NCBI GenBank assembly: GCA_021324885.1
Contig: JAJPIF010000019.1
Location: 21,630 to 85,629 of the forward strand
Origin: Pseudomonadota bacterium
Lineage (GTDB): Bacteria > Desulfobacterota > Binatia > Binatales > Binataceae
Reading direction: 5' to 3'
Length of the DNA: 64,000 nucleotides
Below the pieces are notes generated by a model, which saw nothing but the letters and a program-made list of their open reading frames with translations, was not told the origin of the DNA and did not search any database. This document shows, in pieces, positions 43,505 through 53,800 of this stretch. The translations under genes and the position numbers were made by a program. The stretch's first letter is position 1. Every line of letters starts with the position of its first letter.

Positions 43505-43605
43505 GAAACTGAGAAAAGAGAAACGAGAAAAGAGAGATCAGTTCGCAGTGAGGCGGATTTCCACTCCGAGTCTGCCCTCTTTTCCTCTGCTAAATTGGAG
43601 TTGCC

Positions 43606-44493
43606 ATGTCGGAGCTGACATCAAAACCCTACAAACTGGTCGATGCGTTCCTCCAGGTGCCGCCTTTGGCCGGAAAGAAGCTGGTGCGGCAAATCGATCC
43701 GAACATCGAAAAATGGTTCAAGCCCGGCGAGCAGGTCAGGCACGGATTCACCGTTGACGACCTGGTGCGTGACATGGACGCGGCCGGCGTCGAGAAGGGC
43801 GTGCTGACCGCGGGGGTGATGCGGCTGCCGCCCAGCCCCTACTCGGTCGGCCAGAATATCAGCGATGAGACTTACGAAAAGGTCTGCGTGCGGGTCGCTG
43901 AAATGGTGCGGCAATATCCCGGAAAATTTCATACCTGCTTCGGCCTGGATCCGACCGGGATGATGCGGGCGGTGCGATGGCTTGAGCGCGCGGTAAAAGA
44001 CTACGGATTCCGCTCGGCGTGGATCATGCCCTCGCTGGTCGGATTGCCGCCCAACCACGCCTGCTACTTCCCGATCTATGCCAAATGCGTGGAACTGGGG
44101 CTGCCGATCAAGATCAACGTCGGCGTGCCGGGACCGCTGCGCCCGGGACTGCATCAGCATCCGATGGCGCTGGACGAGGTGCTGCTGGCGTTTCCCGAAC
44201 TGACGGTCGTCGGATGCCATCTGGGGCATCCCTGGATCAACGAGATGGTCGCGCTGCTTCAGAAACATCGCAATTTCTACCTGATCACGTCGGCGTGGGC
44301 GCCCAAATATATTCCGGCCGAGTTGTGGAATCTGGCCAACAAACGAGGACCCGACCGTCTGATGTGGGCCAGCGACCATCCGCTGGTGTCATTGGAGCGC
44401 TGCGCCCGCGAAGGCTGGGAAGTGCCGTTAAGCGACGACGCGCGCCGCGGCTACCTGCGCGACAATGTGCTGAAGGTATTTCGTTTTGATTGA
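43606..44493 (+). CDS. Amidohydrolase-2 (PF04909) family protein
   Basis: VVGCHLGHPW and LMWASDHP signatures. 295 aa. Confidence 0.85.
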   Translation: MSELTSKPYKLVDAFLQVPPLAGKKLVRQIDPNIEKWFKPGEQVRHGFTVDDLVRDMDAAGVEKGVLTAGVMRLPPSPYSVGQNISDETYEKVCVRVAEMVRQYPGKFHTCFGLDPTGMMRAVRWLERAVKDYGFRSAWIMPSLVGLPPNHACYFPIYAKCVELGLPIKINVGVPGPLRPGLHQHPMALDEVLLAFPELTVVGCHLGHPWINEMVALLQKHRNFYLITSAWAPKYIPAELWNLANKRGPDRLMWASDHPLVSLERCAREGWEVPLSDDARRGYLRDNVLKVFRFD

Positions 44494-44597
44494 AAAAGAA
44501 CCGGCGATTTTCGTCAGCGGCCCCGCGCCCGGCCAGCGGACCGCGGGGCCCCGCGCCGCTGAACGTCGCAGCGCGTGGGTCCGGGCGCGCCGAATCG

Positions 44598-45590
44598 CTA
44601 CGCGAATTGCGGCATCACCTCCGATGCGAAAGTGTTCAGCATCTCGCGCGAGGAGAAATAAAAGGAGAAGTAACTCAGGTCCAGTTCCTCGCAGCGCGAT
44701 CGGATCTCGTCTCTGACCTCGGTCGGCGTGCCGGATACGTAGGTCAGCGCCGCCCGGGTGGTTTCGATATCTGTCCCGGCGTCGGCTGCGCTGGCCGCCA
44801 GCATCTGATCGGCCTGGCTCTTGTCGCGTGACATCAACATGTAGGAAAGCGTGGAGACTTCCAGCTTGGAGGGGTCGCGTCCGGCCGCGCGGGCGGACTC
44901 ATAGAAGAGATCGACGCGCTCGCGAAACTGTTTTTTCGTGAAGGTCACGCTGCGATGCAGATCGCTGGTGCCGTCGGGATTGGGCGGGACCAGACTGAGA
45001 ATGTCGGCATAGCGGCCGGCGAGCTGGATTACTTTGCGCCCGCCGCCGCCGATCATGATTGGCGGATGCGGCTTCTGCGTGGGTTGCGGATAGTTGTATG
45101 CCTTGTCGATGGCGAAATCCGTCCCGTGGTAGGTTGGCTCCGGGTCCGTCCACATCACCTTGAGCAGCTTGATGGCGTCTTCCAGTTGGCGCAGACGGTC
45201 GGCATTGGGTGGGAAGGGCAGGTTATAAGCGGCGTACTCGGAACGCTGCCATCCCGAGCCCAGACCGACGATCAAACGTCCTTCGCTGATGTGATCCAGC
45301 GTCGCCGTCATTTTTCCCAGCACCGCCGGATTGCGGAAGCCAATCGGGGTGACCGCGGTCAGCAGTTTGACGCGTTTGGTAATCGCGGCGACGGCGGCCA
45401 GCGAAGTGTAGCATTCGAGGTTGGGCGTGGTCGCCTTCTGCCCGACCGAGCCGCCTTGCGTCACCGCCATGTAGAAATGATCGCCAAAGGACACCGAGTA
45501 AAATCCCATCTCTTCGGCGAGCAGGGCGTGCTCGCGCGTTTTGCGAAAATTCCAACTGGGCAAATAGAGATTGAACTTGATTTGCTTCAT
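44598..45590 (-). CDS. LLM-class flavin-dependent oxidoreductase
   Basis: Start MKQIKFNLYLP. AEEMGFYSVSFGDHF, GLGSGWQRSEY and PPIMIGGGG. Confidence 0.85.
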   Translation of the reverse strand: MKQIKFNLYLPSWNFRKTREHALLAEEMGFYSVSFGDHFYMAVTQGGSVGQKATTPNLECYTSLAAVAAITKRVKLLTAVTPIGFRNPAVLGKMTATLDHISEGRLIVGLGSGWQRSEYAAYNLPFPPNADRLRQLEDAIKLLKVMWTDPEPTYHGTDFAIDKAYNYPQPTQKPHPPIMIGGGGRKVIQLAGRYADILSLVPPNPDGTSDLHRSVTFTKKQFRERVDLFYESARAAGRDPSKLEVSTLSYMLMSRDKSQADQMLAASAADAGTDIETTRAALTYVSGTPTEVRDEIRSRCEELDLSYFSFYFSSREMLNTFASEVMPQFA

Positions 45591-45686
45591 TGCGCTTCTC
45601 CGCACGCCCTCACTTTCATGCCAGATGCGGGGGTGCCTGCCCCACCAGCCGTCGCGCTCGACCGAGTCTGAAGGGTCACCCGATGC

Positions 45687-46478
45687 CTAGCCCATCGCGT
45701 CGGCGCTGGCGCTGACCATTTCCACGGCGGCTTTGCGATCGGGGGTGCACATGTAGGGCAGCGCGGCGCGATTGTGCGCGCCCGCGACCCAGGTCGGTCC
45801 GTTTTCCAGGTTCTCCAGTCCTTCCTGCGCCACGGCGTCCGGTTCCATCACCGGGTTCCCCGTACCTTCCAGTTTGATACCCATGCGCGCCATTGCGGGC
45901 GTATTGGTTGTTCCGGCAATGAGCATCAGCACGTTGATTCCGAAGGGGCGCAGTTCCCACCACAACGATTCGGTAAGCATCTGCTCGTAGGCTTTGCTGG
46001 CCGTGTATACCGCCATCCGAGAGCCGCCGGCGAAACCCGCCATCGAACCGACGACTATGATCCCGCCGCGCCGCCGTACGCGCATTTTGCCGGCCAGATC
46101 ATGCAACAGCGTGGTTGGTCCGATGACGTTGACGCCGATCAGCCGCATCAGTTCGGGCATTGGGCGATCCAGGAACGGCACCATTTTGCTTTCCGCCCCG
46201 GCGTTGTAAACGACCATCCCGATTTCCAGGCCGGCGGTCAGCTCGGCCACGCGCGGCGCCAGGTCCGGAGCGCTCAGATCGACCGACGCCGCCCGGACTG
46301 TGACCGGCGTCGTCTGGCGGATCTGCTGCGCCACTTCTTCGAGTGGTTGCGGTTTGCGCGCGAGCAGGAAGACGTTGACGCCGCTGCTGGCGATTTTGCG
46401 CGCGAAGCTGGCGCCGATTCCCTCCGAACCTCCGGCGATCAGCGCCCAGGGACCGTACTTTTCAACGAACATCGGCAA
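45687..46478 (-). CDS. SDR-family oxidoreductase
   Basis: ALIAGGSEGIGASFA Rossmann motif, NAGA, and YTASKAYE (YxxxK). Confidence 0.85.
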   Translation of the reverse strand: MPMFVEKYGPWALIAGGSEGIGASFARKIASSGVNVFLLARKPQPLEEVAQQIRQTTPVTVRAASVDLSAPDLAPRVAELTAGLEIGMVVYNAGAESKMVPFLDRPMPELMRLIGVNVIGPTTLLHDLAGKMRVRRRGGIIVVGSMAGFAGGSRMAVYTASKAYEQMLTESLWWELRPFGINVLMLIAGTTNTPAMARMGIKLEGTGNPVMEPDAVAQEGLENLENGPTWVAGAHNRAALPYMCTPDRKAAVEMVSASADAMG

Positions 46479-46491
46479 ACTCCTCGCCCGG

Positions 46492-47244
46492 TTAGTCGCG
46501 CCATCCGCGTTCGAGCTTTTCCATCACCTCGCGCCGGGCCTGTTCTTCGGTGCGTCCCGGCCACGCCATCATGGCGACCTCGGCGAAGAAATGTTCCTGG
46601 GTTTCGCTGAAGCAGCGCAGATCGGGCAGGAAGCTTTCATGCCATTCCTCGGACCCGATCGCCGCCTGGGCCGATTCGTAATCGTTAAACAGGATTTGTT
46701 CGACGCCGTCCCAGCGCGGGTCGCCCCATCCGCCGTAGCTCATGTAAACGGGATCGACCACCGGGCAGATCTGGTAATGGACGAGGCCGGGAATTGTTCT
46801 GGCGATGGGCGCGTGGACGTTGAACCAGTAATCGCGGAACTGGTCGAGCCTCAATTCCAACGAGCGGCGCAGCAGGAAAGTCGCCGAGATCATGCCCGAG
46901 CGGCGCGGTGCCTCCACGATGATGTGATCGTTGGTCGAAACAGTGCATTTGCGGCCCGGATGCATGAAGTTGTCCTCGTCGCGCAAAAAGGCTTTGCTGC
47001 GCTCCATGTCCTCTTCGGTGCCGACCAGAGCGCCGGTGCTCCAGATTTCGGAAAGGCCGTCGAAGATCGAGTCGCCGCCCAGCGAATGCAACCGATGGTT
47101 CTGAATATAGCGAGGCAGGTTGGGCATGGGACCGGCATGGTAGGGCCGCCCGCCCTGCAGCGGGTGAATCTCCAGGTAATGGCGATGGAAAGTGCGGAGG
47201 TCGACGGAGGGTTTGCGCGCGAACAGGAAATAGATGTGGATCAT
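46492..47244 (-). CDS. EthD-domain protein (two EthD-like halves)
   Basis: Start MIHIYFLFARKPSVDLRTFHRHYLEIHPL.... The second half, ATFLLRRSLELRLDQFRDYWFNVHAPI..., repeats the EthD pattern. Confidence 0.65.
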   Translation of the reverse strand: MIHIYFLFARKPSVDLRTFHRHYLEIHPLQGGRPYHAGPMPNLPRYIQNHRLHSLGGDSIFDGLSEIWSTGALVGTEEDMERSKAFLRDEDNFMHPGRKCTVSTNDHIIVEAPRRSGMISATFLLRRSLELRLDQFRDYWFNVHAPIARTIPGLVHYQICPVVDPVYMSYGGWGDPRWDGVEQILFNDYESAQAAIGSEEWHESFLPDLRCFSETQEHFFAEVAMMAWPGRTEEQARREVMEKLERGWRD

Positions 47245-47621
47245 GCTCCGGTCCTTTTCGCCATTACGCGACCATAGGGATTGAGCCTTAATGTGGTCCA
47301 GGCGCCGGCGCAATTCAAGTTGCACCACGGGACTTGGACCCGGTGAAGCAATGAGGCACAAAACGAAGGGCCGGGATTGCTCCCGGCCCTTCTGCCGCCT
47401 CCGCCTCCGCCCCACACCCAAATTGTCAGCGATGACTTTGCTCGTCCACCGCGCCAGCCCGGTCCCCGGAAAGAAGTACCGACCTCAACACCACACCCGC
47501 CCGCCGCATCAAACAACCCTTACCGCATCCTCACCAATGATCGGATTTTGCCGCCTCCGCCGTGTTCAGCCGTCCCGAGCCCGATTCCTCCTCCGCGCTG
47601 TACTTTCGCCGACAATTGTGC

Positions 47622-50372
47622 TCATGAACAGCCGCTGGTGGTGCCGCAGTTCATGCATTTGTAACAGGTGCCGTTGCGCACCATGATGCATCCGCAATCC
47701 GGACATGGCGGCGCGTCTTGCTGATTAAGAAACGCCTGGCGCATCTCGGCGTCCTTGCCGCCTTCCACCACCGTCAGTCCGTTGTGGGCGGCCTCGACCG
47801 CTTTCGCCTCGCCGCCTTCTTCCATCACCACGCCGACTTCGCGCCTGGCCTGTTCGTCGAGGAACTTCGAGGCCATCCAGCGGAACAGGTAATCGACGAT
47901 CGACTTGGCATATGGAATCTGGGGGTTCTTGGTAAACCCCGAGGGTTCAAACCGCATATGCGCGAATTTGTCAACCAGAAATTGCAGCGGCACGCCGTAC
48001 TGCAAGGCGTAGGAAATCGCCGTCGCGAAGGAGTCCATCAAGCCCGAGATGGTCGAGCCCTGTTTGGACATGTTCACGAAAATCTCGCCCGGCTTGCCGT
48101 CCTCATACATGCCGACCGTGATGTAACCTTCGTGGCCGGCGATGTCGAACTTATGTGTGAGCGACTTCCGCTCATCGGGCAGCTTGCGCCGCACTGGCTG
48201 GCGCTCGGCTGCTTCGACCCGCGCCGGCGCCGCCTGCGCCTTGGCTTTACCGGTATTGAGCGGCTGGATGCGCTTGGAGCCGTCGCGGTAGATTGCCACC
48301 GCCTTCAGCCCCAGCCGCCACGCCATGATGTAGGCTTCCGCGATTTCAGCCGCGGTGGCGGTCGCCGGCATGTTGATGGTCTTGGAGATCGCGCCGGAAA
48401 TGAACGGCTGCACCGCACCCATCATCTTCAGATGGCCCGTGTAATGGATCGAGCGCGTGCCCGAACGAGGGGTAAACGCGCAGTCGAAGACCGGCAGATG
48501 ATGGTCGGCCAGATGCGGCGCGCCTTCGATGGTCTCGTGCTCGTCGATATACTCGACGATTTCCTGGATTTCCCTGGAATCGTAACCGAGCCGCTTGAGC
48601 GCCCGCGGCACCGTCTGATTGACGATCTTGAGCATCCCGCCGCCAACCAGCTTCTTGTACTTGACCAGCGCGATGTCCGGCTCGATACCGGTCGTGTCGC
48701 AATCCATCATGAAGGCGATGGTGCCGGTTGGTGCAATGACCGTTGCCTGCGAGTTGCGATAGCCCGAGGCCTGGCCCGACTTGAGCGCCTCGTCCCACAC
48801 CTCCCGCGCCGCGCGCAGCAGTTCCAGCGGGACGTGCGCGGTTTCCAGCTTGTAGGCGTGGGCGCGATGGCGCTCGATCACTTTGAGCATCGGCTCGCGG
48901 TTGAGCGCGTATCCGGCAAACGGCCCGATCGCCTCGGCGATACGCGAGGATTGCAGGTAGGCTTCGCCGGTCATCAACGCGGTGATGGCGGCGGCATAGC
49001 TGCGGCCCTGGTCCGAATCATAGGGCATCCCGAGCGCCATCAGGGTCGCGCCCAGGTTGGCGTAGCCCAGGCCCAGTTCGCGGAACGCCTTGGCGTTCTG
49101 GGTGATTTCTTCGGTCGGATACGAAGAATTGTCCACCACTATGTCCTGCGCCGTGATCATCACGTCCACCGCGTGGCGGAATCCCTTGACGTCGAAATCG
49201 CCGCGCTCATCGATAAACTTGAGCAGGTTGAGCGAGGCCAGGTTGCAGGCCGAGTTGTCCAGATGCATGTACTCGCTGCAGGGGTTGGATGCGTTGATCC
49301 GCCCGCTGTTGGGGCAGGTGTGCCACAGGTTGATCGTGGTATCGAACTGCATCCCAGGGTCGCCGCAGGCGTGCGTCGCCTCGGCGATCATCCGCAGGAG
49401 GTCGCGCGCGCGGTAGCTTTGCGCCACCTCGCCGCTCTTTACGAAACGGGTCTGCCATTGGCCGTCGTTGATCACGGCCTGCATGAAATCATCGGTCACG
49501 CGGACCGAATTGTTGGCGTTCTGGAAAAAGATCGAACTGTAGGCGGGACCGTCGAGCGAGCCGTCGTAGCCCGCGTCGATCAGCGCCCACGCTTTTTTCT
49601 CTTCCTCCTCCTTGCACTTGATGAACTGTTCGATGTCCGGATGATCCGCGTTGAGTACCACCATCTTGGCTGCGCGCCGGGTCTTGCCGCCTGACTTGAT
49701 CACGCCAGCCGAGGCATCGGCCGCCTTCATGAACGACAGCGGTCCCGAAGCGGTGCCGCCGGCGGAAAGTTTTTCCCTGCACGAGCGCAGGTTGGACAGA
49801 TTGACGCCCGAACCGGAGCCGCCTTTGAAGATCATCCCTTCGTTGCGGTACCAGTTCAGGATCGACTCCATATTGTCATCCACCCGCAGGATGAAGCAGG
49901 CAGAGCATTGCGGCCTGGGCTCGATGCCGACATTAAAGAACACGGGGCTGTTGAAGGCGGCCTTCTGATGCAACAGCAGATGAACCAGTTCGGCATGGAA
50001 GGTGTCGCGTTCTTCGGCGTCGGCGAAATAGGCCTGCTTCTCACCCCATTCGGTGATAGTGTCGACCACGCGCAGGATCAGTTGGCGGACGCTGGTCTCC
50101 CGGCGGGGACTGCCCAGCGGGCCGCGGAAGTACTTCGAGGCGACCACGTTGGCGGCGGTCTGCGACCATTCCCTGGGTATCTCGATGTCGCGCTGCTCGA
50201 AGACCACGCGCCCGTCCTCGCCGGCAATCACGGCCGAGCGGTACTCCCATTCGACCTCGTCCAGAGGGTCAATCCCGGGCCGGGTGAACATCCGCGACAG
50301 CCCTGCGCCCCGCCGCCGCGACATCCCCGGTTCAGTCCTGTCGATTGCCTGCTTATCGGTGTTCTGGGCCAT
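47622..50372 (-). CDS. nrdJ: Class II (adenosylcobalamin-dependent) ribonucleotide reductase
   Basis: ~916 aa from ATG 50372 (GAGGGG upstream). Conserved NrdJ blocks FKGGSGSGVNLSNLR, NPCSEYMHLDNSACNLASLNL and ISKTINMP. C-terminal zinc ribbon CPDCG...CYKCMNCG. Confidence 0.92.
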   Translation of the reverse strand: MAQNTDKQAIDRTEPGMSRRRGAGLSRMFTRPGIDPLDEVEWEYRSAVIAGEDGRVVFEQRDIEIPREWSQTAANVVASKYFRGPLGSPRRETSVRQLILRVVDTITEWGEKQAYFADAEERDTFHAELVHLLLHQKAAFNSPVFFNVGIEPRPQCSACFILRVDDNMESILNWYRNEGMIFKGGSGSGVNLSNLRSCREKLSAGGTASGPLSFMKAADASAGVIKSGGKTRRAAKMVVLNADHPDIEQFIKCKEEEEKKAWALIDAGYDGSLDGPAYSSIFFQNANNSVRVTDDFMQAVINDGQWQTRFVKSGEVAQSYRARDLLRMIAEATHACGDPGMQFDTTINLWHTCPNSGRINASNPCSEYMHLDNSACNLASLNLLKFIDERGDFDVKGFRHAVDVMITAQDIVVDNSSYPTEEITQNAKAFRELGLGYANLGATLMALGMPYDSDQGRSYAAAITALMTGEAYLQSSRIAEAIGPFAGYALNREPMLKVIERHRAHAYKLETAHVPLELLRAAREVWDEALKSGQASGYRNSQATVIAPTGTIAFMMDCDTTGIEPDIALVKYKKLVGGGMLKIVNQTVPRALKRLGYDSREIQEIVEYIDEHETIEGAPHLADHHLPVFDCAFTPRSGTRSIHYTGHLKMMGAVQPFISGAISKTINMPATATAAEIAEAYIMAWRLGLKAVAIYRDGSKRIQPLNTGKAKAQAAPARVEAAERQPVRRKLPDERKSLTHKFDIAGHEGYITVGMYEDGKPGEIFVNMSKQGSTISGLMDSFATAISYALQYGVPLQFLVDKFAHMRFEPSGFTKNPQIPYAKSIVDYLFRWMASKFLDEQARREVGVVMEEGGEAKAVEAAHNGLTVVEGGKDAEMRQAFLNQQDAPPCPDCGCIMVRNGTCYKCMNCGTTSGCS

Positions 50373-50810
50373 TTCAATCCAACCCCTCGTCTGCGCGACG
50401 CCCATCGTAATACGATCCTAGAGATAGTCTGTCAAAGGGAGAAGCCATACTACTAATGGTATTTTCAACAAGCTGTTTATGATTTTCAAGGCGTCTGTTG
50501 ATAACTTTTCGCCCTTTCTTCGTTAGCAAGACATTTTGTCTGAAAATCAAGGGAGCTTTTGCCTGAAGGTCTTTTAACCATTGCAACGAAAGGTCTGTTA
50601 AATCCAAACAAGCGCTCCGTTAGTTGAAAGCTCATGCAATCGAAAACGACGAACTTCCAGTTTAGCTGATTGGAACCGTGCGAGTTTTAAGCATAACCCA
50701 CGCCATGTTGGCTTTCCGCCGGGCAGGGCAATAACCCCAAACCACTTGCCTTCGATTTGCGAATTTGCGATTAGCCGCGGCAAAATGCTAACTTGCTGAC
50801 TCGCACGAAA

Positions 50811-51254
50811 ATGCTCAAAGCGCGAAAACAGCCTGAATTGCTTGGCAAAACGCTATCCGGAGTGCTCGATTCGCTCGATACGCGTGGGCAATTCGCGCTG
50901 TTCCGGCTGGTGCGCATCTGGCCACAAGTGGCCGGCGACGCGATCGCGCGCCATACTGAAGTCGTGTCGCTGAAGTTCCACACCGCGGTGATCAAGGTGT
51001 CCACCGCGATGTGGATCCAGGAACTCAACCTGATGCGCCGCCAGATTCTGGCGCGGCTGATCCAAGCGATGGGCGATGATTCGGTCCGCGACCTGCGTTT
51101 CGTTAAGGGCGCGCTCAGCCGCAAAATCCGCCCGCGTCCGGCGCCGTCCAAGCGCTTCGTCCGCCATTCCATTGCCCTGCCCGAATTGAAGGATCCGTTG
51201 CTGCGTCAGGCCTTCGAGGACCTGATCGAAGCCTGGGGCCGCGCGCCCCGGTAA
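50811..51254 (+). CDS. DUF721 (DciA-like) protein
   Basis: LVRIWPQVAGDAIARHTEVVSLKFHTAVIKVSTAMWIQELNLMRRQILARL matches the DUF721 pattern. Confidence 0.65.
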   Translation: MLKARKQPELLGKTLSGVLDSLDTRGQFALFRLVRIWPQVAGDAIARHTEVVSLKFHTAVIKVSTAMWIQELNLMRRQILARLIQAMGDDSVRDLRFVKGALSRKIRPRPAPSKRFVRHSIALPELKDPLLRQAFEDLIEAWGRAPR

Positions 51255-51372
51255 GCCTCCGCCAGCGCGTTTCGAACCCCGTCCCACAGCACGTCAATCG
51301 AACATCGACCGTCCTAACCTTGTGGTGAGGCGCCGTGACCTGTTCACGCCGCCGCGTGATCCGGGAAGCAGT

Positions 51373-52245
51373 TCAGTTGCCGAATTTGGCGATTAAGTCG
51401 TTGCCGATGCGCTCCAGATCGCGCGTCATTTGATCGTAGTCGTAGCTGAGTTGCGCGCCGGTCATCACCCGGGTGACGCCCATATCTTCGCAGCGTTTGA
51501 TTGCGTCAGGGGTCGGCTCGCATTGGCAGCACAGTTCGATTTCGGCTGGATTGCGACCGATCTTTTTGCACTCGGCCTTCAATTTGTCGAACAGCGGCGC
51601 CACTTCCTGAATGGTCCCGACCGGAATATAGCCGTCGCCGTAGCGCGCGACGCGGCGGATGGCCGGATCCGAGTTGCCGCCGACGAAAATTGGAATGCCG
51701 CCCTTTTGGATCGGCTTGGGAAAGGATTTCAGCGGTCCGAAGTTGAAATGCGTGCCCTTGAAAATCACCGGGTTGTCGCGCCACAACGCGCGCAGCGCCT
51801 GGATCGATTCGTCCGTGCGCCTGCCGCGGACGTGAAAGTCCAGTCCCAGCGCCTCGAATTCCTCTTTCAGCCATCCGCTGCCAATTCCCAGTATCGCGCG
51901 GCCGCCGGACAGCACGTCCAGCGTCGCCATCTCTTTGGCGATGTACAGCGGATGGCGCAGCGGCAGGATGATCACGATCGTGCCGAGGCGGATTTTGGTG
52001 GTCACCGCCGCCACGTAGGTGAGGCACAGCAGCGGCTCAGGCCACGGCATGTCCTCGTCGTCGCCCGGCAGCTTCCCCTCGGCGCGGTACGGATAGCGCG
52101 ACTGGTAGTCGGCCGGAATCGCGACGTGCTCGGGCACCCAGATCGATTCAAATCCGACCCGGTCCGCAGCCTGCGCGTAATGGATGATCGGTTTCGGATC
52201 AAAGGGCGCGGGTGGAAAGAATGCCAATCCGGTTGCGAACTTCAT
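51373..52245 (-). CDS. LLM-class F420-dependent oxidoreductase
   Basis: Start MKFATGLAFFPP after GGGAGG. GFESIWVPEHV, GIGSGWLKEEF and IPIFVGG. Confidence 0.85.
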   Translation of the reverse strand: MKFATGLAFFPPAPFDPKPIIHYAQAADRVGFESIWVPEHVAIPADYQSRYPYRAEGKLPGDDEDMPWPEPLLCLTYVAAVTTKIRLGTIVIILPLRHPLYIAKEMATLDVLSGGRAILGIGSGWLKEEFEALGLDFHVRGRRTDESIQALRALWRDNPVIFKGTHFNFGPLKSFPKPIQKGGIPIFVGGNSDPAIRRVARYGDGYIPVGTIQEVAPLFDKLKAECKKIGRNPAEIELCCQCEPTPDAIKRCEDMGVTRVMTGAQLSYDYDQMTRDLERIGNDLIAKFGN

Positions 52246-52378
52246 GTTGAACCTCCCGCCTGCTTGTGCAGCGCAATGATAACCGCCATCTGCCGCGCGG
52301 TTGATCGCGCCGGTTGCTATCGTCAGGCGCAGAATATAGGAAACAGAAGCGAATTTGTCATCCGGAGGGCCTGGTGTT

Positions 52379-53731
52379 ATGGCAGCGTCAGCCGATGTTT
52401 CGTCCCCGCCGATTCCCGCCATCCTGCGCAAAACCGCCGAGCCGCTGATGGATTTCGGCCTCATCCCGAAAGAACGCTACCTGTCGGCCGAGTTCATGGA
52501 CCTGGAATGGCAGCGGATGTGGCGCCGGGTGTGGCTTTATGCCGGCCCGCTGTCCGATCTGCCCGAAGTCGGCGACTATTTCACCTTCGAGATCGGGCCC
52601 GAATCCGTGCTGCTTGTGCGCAGCGCCGCCGATAAGGTGCAGGCGATGTACAACGTCTGCCAGCATCGCGGGCGCCGCATCCGCCCGGACGGATGCGGTC
52701 ATGCGCGCAGCTTCACCTGCCCGTACCATCGATGGCGCTACGATTTGAAGGGGCGCCTGATCGCCGCCCCGGATGCCGGCTTCGATTTCCCCCAGGGCGA
52801 CCCGGTCGCGTGCGGCATCAGGGTGCCGCAGGTGCGATGTGAAACCTTCGAGGGCCTGGTTTTCGTCAACTTCGATAACGAGGCGCCGTCGCTGGCCGAC
52901 TACCTGACGCGCGAGGTGGCAGAGCATCTGCACAGCTACCGATGGGGCTCCGATTTCCGCATCAATCTGGACTGGACCGTGGCGTGGCCCTGCAACTGGA
53001 AAATCGGCGTCGATTCCTTCAACGAACTCTACCATCTGCAGGGAATCCATCCCGAGCTGATGGACATGAGCGATGACACGCCGGCCGGCTGTCCGGTGGA
53101 TTTTTTCGGCCAACACAGCCGCTTCATCTACCGGGTCGGCGTGCCGGGTCCACGATGGGACGACGCGATGGCGCGCAGCCGCGGCTATCGCGACAGCAAC
53201 CAGATCACCAGGGGTGTGCGCATGATGCTCAAGGCATATGGGCTGGAGCCGCAGCCGGATTGGGAGGGGCACGTCAAGGAGCTGCGTCCGGTTTTGATTC
53301 GCGCGGCTCGTGAGCGGGCAGCGCAGCAGGGCGCTGATATAAGCGGCCTGGTTGATGACCAGCTACTGGATGACTTTCACTACTTTCTATTCCCAAACAT
53401 CACGCTTAACATCAGCGCCCATCATTTCTGGCTGTTCCGCCATCGGCCCCATCCCCGCGATCCGCAGCGGATGCTGTGGGACTTCCAGCAGTTCGTGCGG
53501 GTGCGTCCGGGCCAGGGGACGCCGCCCCGCCCGCCCCATCAGGACTACGTACTCGGCGACGGCCACGAGAGCCGCTTTCCTCATATCGCATTGGCGCAGG
53601 ACGAGGCGCAGGCGGAGGAACTCCAGCGCGGGATGCGTTCGGCGGGGTTCAAGGGCCTTTACCTCGCCCATCAGGAACGCCGCATCCGCTGGTTCCATCG
53701 GGTTTTGGACGACTACGTGTCGCGGCCCTGA
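52379..53731 (+). CDS. Rieske-type aromatic ring-hydroxylating oxygenase, alpha subunit
   Basis: Rieske motif CQHRGRRI...CPYHRWRY. The catalytic domain has NWKIGVDSFNELYHLQGIHP. Confidence 0.85.
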   Translation: MAASADVSSPPIPAILRKTAEPLMDFGLIPKERYLSAEFMDLEWQRMWRRVWLYAGPLSDLPEVGDYFTFEIGPESVLLVRSAADKVQAMYNVCQHRGRRIRPDGCGHARSFTCPYHRWRYDLKGRLIAAPDAGFDFPQGDPVACGIRVPQVRCETFEGLVFVNFDNEAPSLADYLTREVAEHLHSYRWGSDFRINLDWTVAWPCNWKIGVDSFNELYHLQGIHPELMDMSDDTPAGCPVDFFGQHSRFIYRVGVPGPRWDDAMARSRGYRDSNQITRGVRMMLKAYGLEPQPDWEGHVKELRPVLIRAARERAAQQGADISGLVDDQLLDDFHYFLFPNITLNISAHHFWLFRHRPHPRDPQRMLWDFQQFVRVRPGQGTPPRPPHQDYVLGDGHESRFPHIALAQDEAQAEELQRGMRSAGFKGLYLAHQERRIRWFHRVLDDYVSRP

Positions 53732-53800
53732 GGCTTGGCTTGACCGAAACAACGCACAACCGAATTCAGCGGGTGAGGTCGCTTTGCTAAGCTCTGACTG

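Noticed and set aside
50373-50810. Cobalamin riboswitch upstream of nrdJ.
   Set aside because: I could not find the conserved B12 box or the GGTxxGGGAA-type core on the sense strand. B12 repression of a B12-dependent RNR would also be unexpected.
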